Part shown: piece by piece, positions 28,110 through 39,252 of the stretch
Layout: each line of letters opens with the position of its first letter
How positions within the stretch are numbered: the first letter of the stretch is position 1
Assembly (NCBI GenBank): GCA_009602725.1
Contig: WELB01000011.1
Coordinates: 409,959 to 452,024, forward strand
From: Spirogloea muscicola
Taxonomy: Eukaryota
Reading direction: 5' to 3'
Length of the DNA: 42,066 bases
The notes under the pieces: generated by a model
Told to the model about the DNA's origin: nothing
What the model saw: only the letters and a program-made list of their open reading frames with translations
The model's database searches: none
Translations under genes and position numbers: made by a program

Positions 28110-29500
28110 CTCACACTCCGGCTCCTTCAGACCTTGTCCATTCCTTTAGGCTGGCCTTTCCCAGCCACCAGTCAATCTGGCCGCGCTTTCTTGCCTCTCA
28201 GAGCAAAACCTAAGAGGAGCTCCTGTGCTGGTGCTATAATCCAACTCTATATAATACTTGTGTAGAACATCACTATATTTTTTAGCACATCGCCTTGCAG
28301 GAGTACTGATGATCCCTGACAAGCAATTATTGATATCTATGGGCAATTAACATTGACAAACATTAGGAAATCAGCCTCGTACTTGTTTATGAAGCATCAT
28401 CCGCACGCTAACTGTTTGACACCCTATATAGTAGACCCTAGGGCAACATAACAACCGCTCCGTAGTGGACGCTGCTGGTACTCTTCTAGTTTCTCTTCTC
28501 GTTTTATCATTGATTGCCCAATCGAAATTCGTTCCTTCGATTTCCTGGGCTGGCCAAACACAGCCATCGCCCTCTACTGCAAGAGTCTTTCTTCCAAAAT
28601 GGCTGGCTCCTTACAGCCACGGCTCTTATGCAACTCCAGACCCCCTTCTTCATCACGTCACCACCTCTTGGGCAGGCAGTAGTGAAGGTACCCAACAAAT
28701 GGCTGACCTCCATTTCCTCCAAAAGAGGCAGCGTCTGCAGAATGCAACGTGGCTTGAATGAAGACAGCTATCAACTTGTACAGACTTGTACAATGTTGGG
28801 CGTGGAAGCCCAACAAAATTGGGGGTTCTAAGAGCGAGGGCAGGAGGGCGTGCATATACACCGATGCTCTACAAAGGAACCCCTCTGGTGGTACTGCTCA
28901 TCTTCATGTTTTCACCGTTGGGCCTGTCCCTCTCAAGCATTGTTTTCCACGGCGACTGAGTTCACTGGAGCTGATTTTGAAGCTCGAGTTAGCATCCTTC
29001 TGACTGGCAGAACATGGTCCCTTCATGCATTCTTCTTGGCCAAGTAGCTGCTCGGGAGCCTGGTCCAGTGAGGAGACCTTGTCCACTCCTTCTGGGTTGG
29101 CCTCTCATAGGCATCGCCTTATGGGAAGAGCTGTTTCTGTATGGTGCAATTCATTCTCTGGATACATGCAATTGCTCTTCTTGCCAGCTTGCCGTGTGTT
29201 GTGTTAGCATCTTTGGTCGTACCGTTGTTCTTGTATTGGTTCCTTGCTATGCACCTCACTACGAGCCTTAGTGTGCAACTGCAAATTCTGATTCTTGAGA
29301 CGTCCCCCATTATCACATGGCCTGCCGCACATCACAGTTTGCGCAAAGTGGCCGCCGGTCGGCGTCCTTGTGACGGGCTCGACAGAAGCAGCTCTTGCGA
29401 AGCGAGCGAGGGCTGTGAAAAGAAAGCCCAATGAAGTAGTAAGCTCTTCCAACGGGCGCGAGGGCTGTGTAAAAGCCAGCCTATAAAGAGTAAGACGAAG
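28110..29500. repeat. Scattered solo 3' UTR tails
   Basis: F tail at 28115-28195; hairpin modules near 28547, 28600, 29095, 29410 (-) and 29462 (-). Confidence 0.55.
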
Positions 29501-32058
29501 GTCCGGAAAAATTCGACAGCACCACAGTGACAGCCACCGAGGCCGCGGCAATGTCGAGCCCGCTTGTATGGTCGCCACGTGTACGCAAGCTGACCTGCCC
29601 TTTGAGGAGAGGACCCCTGAATGTCTTCACACGTCTGGAAATGAAGTCCAGCGGCGGCAGCGTCAGCCAACCAGCAGCGAGCAGCACTATCGGCATTGGT
29701 CGCACCGGGCAGACTTAGCGTCGTGGAGAAGCCTGGTGTGAATGGTAGCGCGGCCCCACCCCTGCCTCCTGGACACCCCGCCGCCCCGGCTCCCCTCTAA
29801 CCGTGAGCTCTGCCACCGCCTTGTGTCGCGCCGCCGTCGCTACTGCCGCCGCTGCCGCCGACGTCGCCGCCTCTCCCTTCCCGCTCTCTCGGCCCCTCGG
29901 AAGCCACCCAGTGAGCGCCGCATCGTGGTCCTGCCCTCTCTTGCAGGTACCCACTTCACCATTACTGCACTCAGACAGGTCCTTGTGGGTTGCTTGCTTG
30001 AGGACAAGCAGAGAGGCCGCGCTTCGAAGCTTAGGTATTAGCGGTGGGGCTGTGGACTCAGCACGTATTACGGACAGGAGGTCGCTACTAGTTCTCCTGC
30101 TCAAGCTGTTGCATACATCAAAAGTCTGTGAATCTGTAAATCGGCAGTTGATGGAACCCAGCTAGAAAGTGGAGAATCAGTTGTAAGACCCTGCCGCTGT
30201 GAAATTGGCGGGCTTTTGGTGGTGGAGTGGACTCTGGCTTGATCCCTCTGCTTGCTCAGCTCTGAGCAGGTATTTCTGGGCAGCTAAGATCCGAGCAAGT
30301 TCTTGGGCAGCTTCACATTGACCTGGCTTTACTCAGATCGTCAAACCTGTGAACATGCCATGTACTGCTATGCGTGCCCTTTGAGTCAGTTGAAAGTGGC
30401 CCAGATTTTGTAGTAATGCTTACATCGGCATTTATTAGTGGTCTTCGTTGCAGAAGGCGACCTTCGTCGACGACCAGGTCTTCTGTCAAGTGTTCCATGG
30501 CGACCGAGCAGGATACGAAGCTGGTGGAGTCTGAGGAAGTCCCTGGTTTGATAGAGAAGACCGGTCCTTTGGAAGCAAGTGACATACCTCGTGCAGACGA
30601 GATTGGGGGAAAGCCTAACCAGGTCCAACATAAACCTTAAGCAAGACGACAACTCAAGCAATTGTGTTTTCATCAATAAGAAATATATAATGAGGAACAA
30701 TGAGCACATGCATATCATCAATGTTTGCGGAGGACAATGCTGTGTTTCACAACAGATAGGTGCTGCAAGCACTGGTTAAAGTGGCCGTTCTATGCTCATG
30801 AGATGCAGTTGAAGGAAATTGACGGCAAGCCCATCAGCATTCAAGACGCAAAGGAGGTGCAGCAGTCAGAGGAGGCAGCAGGGCACCCCACGGGCAAAGG
30901 AAGTCTTCCAGCCAGAATGCAGGTATTTCTTGTATAAATGTATCTTCATTCTGACCTTGGCCTCCCTTTCAGTTTCATGCGCACCATGGCGCCTTCTCTC
31001 TTTGAGCAGATAGGCCGTCTGCCATATTGCCCTTCTGCCCTTCACTGAGAGTCTAGCTAGCAATGTTAGCGATACTGGTATAGCTGACAAAATTTTGTTT
31101 GCATTTCCATGCTTATGTGGTTTACTTAATTCGGGCTTTGGCACTAGGAACGACAGCGTCCTACTGGATCGTAGGCCACTTAATCATCGTCGGGGGGTTT
31201 ATGTTTAGGGTGTCGAATCACTCGATCTGGATTACAAGGTGGATACAGTACCACGATTATGAAAGTCGTAATGTTGTTGCAGGCTGCAGCTGCAGTGAAT
31301 CTGCGTGAAGGCATAGTGCCGCCAATCGGCACGAAGAATGTCGGCACCGAGAGGGGGGTTATCAGCGGTCACCAGGCAGACTTGGTAAACAAGCAGAAGT
31401 CAGCCAGTGGCTCCAAAGAGGAAAAGACAAGGACTTAAATGCTCTGGTGGCAAAAGTGGTACATGGGATTTGGCACTTGGCAAAACCGGAGGAAAAGCAT
31501 CCCTTTCGCTCTTTCGGCTGTTTACTGCGATAGCACGCAAGCCAGGAGGCTTACGCCCTTAGCGGCAACTTTCAATGACAATGGAAGTCATGCTTTCTTT
31601 TTGACAGCTCCATGCTGCATTGCTCAACTAAAGCTTGGGGAATTTGTTGCCACCCAGACTACTTGCGAGATGAGTAGAGTGCTTCATATGAGGTACTGGG
31701 CGCAAGCAAGCACAGCAACCTACGTTAACTCCAGCCTCGGGATATCATCATGATCATCTTTATCTTCAGCTTCATCACCATACCTTCTCTTCATATTGCA
31801 GCACAGTTTGCAGGACTGTCTAGTGTGTCAAGATTGATGTACAATGTCCCCACTGTGGTCAGCTATGATACTTATTACCAGCTTGTAAGCAAACAATGCT
31901 TTTCATACTGAAAGCATTGCGCAATCTGGACCTACAAAGTAGTGTCTTCATGGCTGTGCCGGCGTTCTCTGAAAGGCACTGGCACTGGCACTGGCACTGG
32001 TTCAAGACAATGGGCTGTCAAGAGGTCACAACAACAAGAGAGTCTTCCCACACAAACT

Positions 32059-33650
32059 TCAGATCCGCATGTGAGGCCTTGCAGCTAGTTGCCTTCCTGC
32101 AGGCTGTCGTACTTGAAGCGCCAGCAACATTGACAGTGCTCCTACAACATTGATAACTCCAAGCTGCACAAGAGGCAGTACACATCATGTACCAATCAGA
32201 CTCTCTGAGGAGTACGTATCACACTTTTTGCAAAATTGCAGCCTCCTGCCTTGTGTGCTACCAGTCTTTCTGAAAGCACCTGCAAGTATTAGCTTTGGCA
32301 ACACACAACCTTGGAAGCTACCAAGCATTGCTTACAATCAGAAGGGTTTGCTGGACAGCTTGGAAGCCAACAAGGCCAGCAAACGCAATAAAAAGCACCT
32401 GGTATCAAACCCACCAATAATAGCCCTTTCAGAAATTCAGCACATGCACAAGTAACCAGTACAAGTGCAGCTAGGAGATATATCTATCTATGATCAACAA
32501 GGGACTTCGCAACGTCCTCTAAGGAGTCACTAATCACTGGTCACCGAGATCACTGACCCAAAAGCTTGGCCCAATGAACGTGCTGACATAGACCGCAGCT
32601 CCACAGCTAATACTAGAGAAGCAGAGTAGCACCCACGTTTCTCGACCAGTGACAATTAGCTTAAAGATGCCTTTGCCCTACACTCTTTAGACATCATGAG
32701 GACTCAAAAGTTTGGCCCTGCATTTGTAACACGATGACTTAGAGTGCAAAGGACAAGCGTGTACTGGAGAAGCAGCAAGAGCACTCACTGCTCGACCAAT
32801 CACAGTTGATACGTAGAAGCCATCGACTCCCAGCCCCAGCACGTCCCCAGCTGCAGCACCGATGTAGTAGCAGCCAAAGAGCTGACCAGAAAGGTGCAAA
32901 CATCAGTCCACAGGACTGAGCTCGAACAGCGTGGCCGCCCTCTCAAGCAGAGCTGTCAATCAACTTTCAGATTCTAAATCGTAATGCGTATCTTTGTGAC
33001 TCTCAATGGAAGGCAACAAGCCTGTGAGGTGGAAGAGCGCATGCAGCCCCAGATATGAGGAGCTGTTGGCAGAGAGCTAGCATGCATCCAGATCAACAAA
33101 AGCAGGTGACAAAATGAGCCGAGATCGCACCACCATCAATACGGCAAAGACCTGGACCCAGCCAATGGCGATAGTGCTCTGATCAAAGAGAAGACCTGCC
33201 ACCCATAAGAGGTAGTTTGACTTAGCCTTTCTGGGACTGGCGAGTTGTGTAATTAATGTACAGTGTCTTTCAGCGACAGGTATGCTTCGAGCAGATCAAG
33301 AGAATGAGTTGCTAGAAGAGGGACGACGAATCATATCAGCATACAAGATACATCCCTTGTTGGGATAAGAGCATCAGAAACCTTCTTCAGGCATCACGCA
33401 CCAAAGCTCCACGCCGGGGCGCAGAAGGTCACAACGCCGGCGGCGGCAATGTAGATGCCGGTCAGCAGCGCCGCGCGGGCAGGGCGGAAGGACCGGGATG
33501 CGGTGGGCTTCAGCTGTCCGAGAAGCAGCTTCCAGATCCGCGCGAGCGGCGCCTCCAGTCTGTCGCCATCGTCTGCGCCTCTCTCCGCTGGAGACGCTGG
33601 CAAGATGCTGCCGGACATTGCGGACTGCATGCGAGTGTCAGGCACTCTCT
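32059..33650 (-). CDS. Multi-pass membrane protein domain (5 exons), probably the 3' part of the MinC-domain gene
   Basis: Spliced reading AALLTGIYIAAAGVVTFCAPAWSFG | LLFDQSTIAIGWVQVFAVLMV | LFGCYYIGAAAGDVLGLGVDGFYVSTVIGRA | VLFIAFAGLVGFQAVQQTLLI | LGVINVVGALSMLLALQ...MRI* (stop 32059-32061), with GT-AG borders. Confidence 0.75.
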
Positions 33651-33892
33651 GACGCCAGGACCATCTTGGCAGCACGAAACGAGTCAAGCGCGCAGCTCTA
33701 GACTGCACGAATGCAGGGCATCCACCTTCATGGCTTTGGCATAAGAGCAAGATCCCCGAAAAGGGCAAGGCTTGAGGCTGATGGGCTGACATCTAAGGCC
33801 TAGAAGTCGACATATCAACCAGATTCGAAGACTGAGCCTCAGGGCTCAATAAGAATTAGTGAGGTACAGACGTTAGGGTGCTGTGCTGTAGC

Positions 33893-34760
33893 TCACGTGA
33901 TGGTGCCCTCCTCGGAGATGGCCGCCACCTCCAAATGCGGCTCACCGGCGCCGCTGAGCCACTCGGGGCCCAGGGCCTGCTCGCTTGCGATGGCGATGCG
34001 ACGCGGCTCCATGACCAGTGCGGCAACGACTGCGTCACGGTCGCCGTCTGTGCCAGCGTGCACCTCTCCCCGCAGCCGGCCAAAGACGACGACATCGCCC
34101 ACGGCGAAGATGCGGGCGCCCTGGTTCACGTCCCCATAGACCTGGCAGCCGGGAGACACGCTAGACGCGGCCAGGCGCCGTGGTCGAGCGTCAGATACTC
34201 CCTGATTGTTTATCGAGTCAATGGCATGACGACGTAGCCTGCTACACGTGCATTGCCGCCATACTCAGTCAGCACAGGCAGCACAACTGAGCCTCTCCTG
34301 TAATAGAAGTCCCTTCCCGTGGTCTCAAGCTAAGTCAAGCAGAGCTGCATGATCAAAGCCGAGCAACAATGGCCGACTATTGAAAGTCCGTGCCACTAGG
34401 CACAAAGCGCGCTTCGATGGACTATATTGACAAGGGCTCAGGGTTTAGGGTTTATGGGTCAGGGTTTCGACAGGGGCAATGTGGAGCTAGCGCGCCGTTA
34501 AGATGGCGCTCTGGCCGGCAGCCGCAGAGCTGCAGCTGAGGCGGCGGCGAAGGGGCAGCAGTCTCACCACGACGGCGCCCGGGCTGCGGACCTCCTCGTC
34601 CTGCCGCAGCGTGCTGCGCACGTAGAGCGCCGGGCGGCCCTTGGCGTCCAGCTTGGCGCCGCTGAGCCACGACGCCGCCACCGCCTTCAGGCGCTCCTCT
34701 GCGGCGGCGGCGGCGGCGTCGCCGCCGTCGTCGTCGCCGCCGGCGAGGGAGGCGGGGGGC
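33893..34760 (-). CDS. minC: MinC C-terminal (beta-helix) domain protein, spliced, 5' end in gap
   Basis: Exons 34760-34568 and 34141-~33897 join to LYVRSTLRQDEEVRSPGAVVVYGDVNQGARIFAVGDVVVFGRLRGEVHAGTDGDRDAVVAALVMEPRRIAIA, matching the MinC pattern GDVNxGA..A.GD..V.G.LRG..HAG..G. Confidence 0.88.
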
Positions 34761-35371
<611 letters not shown>

Positions 35372-38296
35372 CGAAGCGGCGATGGCGGCGCGCGGCGTGG
35401 CGGTGCGGCGGCGGCCGCCGGCGGGCCCGCCGTCGCACATGGTCGGGCCATTCCAGTTCCGCATCGACGGCGAGGACAACCTGCCGCGCAACATCCTGGA
35501 GGAGATCGTCTGGAACAAGGTCCGCAGCGGTGGCCCTGGCGCTCGTAAACCACCTGGCATGGCACGGCCCTCCAGGCCCCCTGCACTATTGCGGATCCCA
35601 CAACGAGCAGGTCCAGCAAGTGAGCAACTACAGCACAGCAAAGCGGCTCGGATCCGGCCCCAAGTGTGCTGTCGGACTGGTGGCAAGAGCCGGACAGCGG
35701 CTGCTGCGCCCCAAAAGCCGCAGCAGAGCACCCACCACGGCGGTTCCACCGTCCTGATTGCCGCGTCTGGGGGTGATTGGGGATGTGCCACGAGCCTTCT
35801 CTGCCAGTAGTCAGGCAGTGTCGGCTAGTGCAGGCGGCAAGAGCTCAGCTGGCATGCCGACCCCATGAGAGAGATTGACAGAAGCATTGGAGATTCGCCA
35901 GCAACCTGTGACAGCAGTAACTCGTGAAATGGACATGACTTCCTGACCCAGTGTTCGCGTGGCTTGCCTAGCTAAAATGCCCACGGGCACTAGTGGCCTG
36001 CCGCAGGACAAGGAGGTGGACGCGATGAAGGAGAAGATGCCGCTGAGCACGCTGCTGCGGGGGATGGACGGCCTGCCGCCGACGCGCGATTTCATGGGTG
36101 CGCTGCGCTCGCGCGCCGCGGAGACGGGCGTGCCGGGCCTCATCGCAGAGGTCAAGAAGGCATCGCCCAGCCGGGGCGTCATTCAGCCCAACTTTGATCA
36201 TGTGAGCACCTTCGTCTCCAAGCTCCGCTTTGCCATGCTTACTTGCTGGAAGAACAGTGCCACTGCATGCTTCGGTCCTTCATGTCAGATCCCCAGCGTG
36301 GAGTCCTCTTCTAGAACTGCCTTTGGCACCATCAACAGACGAAGCTCCTGCTTTAGGCGTCCTCGCTGTCGTCCTTGCCAACGACTGTAGGTGAAGATAG
36401 CGAAGGCATATGAGAGAGGAGGTGCGGCATGCCTGAGCGTCCTCACAGACTCCAAGTACTTCCAGGTAGGTCTGGGCTCCTCAACCCCCTCACCATGGTA
36501 GCCAACATACTTGGGTTCCAGCTCTAGGTCCAACTCAACTACATTCTTTTCGTATACTGAGGCTCCTCGTCATGCTCAGAGCTTCTACGCAGCCTGTTGT
36601 GAGCTCTCCTGCAATGTCAGCTCAAAGAAGCTGAAGTTCGTCATACCTGAGGCTGCTTGTTAGTTGGTGGTATGGCGGCTGGCAGGGGAGCTTTGAGAAC
36701 CTGAAGGAGATTCGAGCAGCAGGTGTGCAGGTACGTCAGCGGCAATCCTGACTTGAAGTGCAAATTGGCTGACATGTATGGTCCCCATACATTATATTCT
36801 TGGTGGAGCTTTACTCCAGTTGTGATCAACACATCAAAGCTACTGCACTAGGGACAGGCACACAAGACTCTGCTGGTAGTGAGTTAAGCTCGAGTCTAGC
36901 CCCAGAGCCAGAAGCAAGGGATACCGTGTAGCAGAGCGAGGAGTAACACGAGGAGCCCACGTGGCTACACCTGGTTACTGACCTGCTCCAGTGCCTCCTC
37001 TCGCAGTGCCCTTTGCTGTGCAAGGAGTTCATCATCGACGCCTGGCAGCTGCACTTTGCACGGCTCAAGGGCGCCGACGCCGTGCTGCTCATTGCGGCCG
37101 TGCTGCCTGACGCTGATCTCAAGTACATGAGCCAGATCTGCAAGTTCCTCGGCCTCACACCCCTCATAGAGGTAGCCCATCCTTCAGCAACAGTGCTGCT
37201 ACGTGAAGATGGAAAGCTTGTGGCTTGCTTGCTTCCCAGTTGCTTGTAGCACGTCTCTGCGCAGGGCGCCTGCCCGTCCTTCGGTTGAGCTACTGGCCAT
37301 GCGCGATGCTTATATCTAGGTGCACACTCCGCTCGAGATGGACAGGGTCCTTGGCCTTCCCAGCGTGGCCATGATTGGAATCAATAACCGAGACCTAGGT
37401 GAGGCAATTTGCACCCAAGATGTTGTCAGCGCTTCACATCTGAAGCAGAGATGACAATATAGCAGGAGTGTATATGGCACTACCTCAGTGGGCCCATCAG
37501 GGTTTTTCAGTTTGCCGCACAGACTGGACAGTGTTATGACATGACAGAGTGATATGAGAAAGGATGGGACAATCCTATCATCTACATCTGGTTCTCCAGA
37601 TCTCTAATTTTTCATCCGTATACCCTCACTGCATTGTATGCAGGTACCTTCAAGGTGGACATTGGCAACACAGTAAATCTCTTGAGTGGTGATCGTGGCA
37701 AGAGAATCCGAGACAGAGGCATCCTTGTGAGCACTCAGTGCAACAACGTGCAGCAGCTTCGCCTTGACGTTGCATGTGGCAAAATTTGTCAGGTCTTCCT
37801 CGAAGAGGTTCCATGACAATTGAATGGTCATGAGCTTCTCCGCATTGAGCGACTGCTGGCATCTTTGGTTTGATTCTTGCGATCCGCACATCCCTCACAG
37901 GTCGTTGGAGAATCTGGCCTGTTCACTCCAGAGGACATCGCCACTGTTCAACAGGCTGGATGCGAAGCGGTACGTGCTAACCTTTTCAGCCGAAACTCAG
38001 CAAGTGTGTTCATTTTTCTGCCAAGAAGCAGAAGTCAAGATGATCGCAACGCAATGGCTTACCACATAGACAGACTGGCACCTGTACATTTAGCCGCCGT
38101 CTCACAGGGATGTCGCCGTTGCAGCTCAGACGTCTCAAGCATGCTCCATCAGCTAATAATTCTCGTCCCACAGGTTCTGGTTGGGGAGTCGCTGGTGAAG
38201 CAGGATGATCCGGCCGTGGGAATAGCAGGCCTCTTTGGGAAAGACATATCCAGGCCGGCTGCGATTCAGCATGAGGTGCAAGCTGCAGTCACATGA
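35372..38296 (+). CDS. IGPS: Indole-3-glycerol-phosphate synthase, plastid type, 9 visible exons, 5' end probably in gap
   Basis: [93 protein letters not shown]. Confidence 0.95.
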
Positions 38297-39252
38297 AAAT
38301 TAGGCGACAACAGGCGTTGCCCTCAAGCCGGCACACAGGGTGGCCACCTGCGGAGGCTTTTCTTTAGCCAAGAGAGCCAGCTCTTTTGGGGGTTTGCCTT
38401 CACCTGTATTTGTAGTTATTACTTGAATGTGCTCCTTTCCTTATGACTTAGCCAATCGTTCCAGTCACAGGCAGACAGTTTGCAGCAGAAGCAGGAAGGG
38501 GTCTTTGGCAGCCTTGAGTAGCAGGGCTCTGTTGGTGGCCTTGGCTGAAGCTAGAACTCGCTCCAAGTGCAAGGCAGCAAAGTCGCTGATGTATTAAGAG
38601 GATTTGCAAAGGCCTTCTGGGCTGCGTATCTAGCGGGGTCCGTTTTCAATGTGCATCTAAGAGAATAGACGGCACTCTTCTGATAAGTAATGAAAAATAC
38701 CAGCGTTAATGGACGGAAACAACACTTAAGTCGCTTGACAATCTGACACAGCAAGTTGCAAGACCAGCAAAGCGAAGAGGCTGCCTAATGTCAGTTGGAA
38801 ATACATTTCTGAATGACAAGCTTGTGCATCAAGTCAGTGCATGAAGCAGTGTGCAGGCTTAGTAGGAGTCTCCACCGTAGGCTTGCAACGAATCACAGCA
38901 GCAAGGCATCAAGAAAAATGTGCAGACGCATGTGCCTGACGTGAATGACAAATCAAGCCTCTGGTCAGGATTGCTGAACTTGAAGCGGTAAGTAGTGCAC
39001 TGCTAACAGCTTGTGTGTGGAGACCCCGAAGCGGCAGGCCCCTCGCTTGTAGTATGTCTGCCAGAGGAATTGTGCTCACATGTGCAGCCTTTGACTGCAG
39101 CCCAAATATTTGATGGTGCGCCTCTTAAGAGGAATCTAAGGGGAAAGCGGCCCCACTGACCCCATCCATAAGAAGGACTAGTCGGCGACAATGCTACCAA
39201 GGGAAGCAGCGCTGCTTTGCACAGAATACTTGCAAGTATGTTCAACCCACTT

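Noticed and set aside
31975..32000. (GGCACT)4 microsatellite encoding WHWHWH
   Set aside because: Short simple repeat downstream of the membrane-domain stop; no support for coding.
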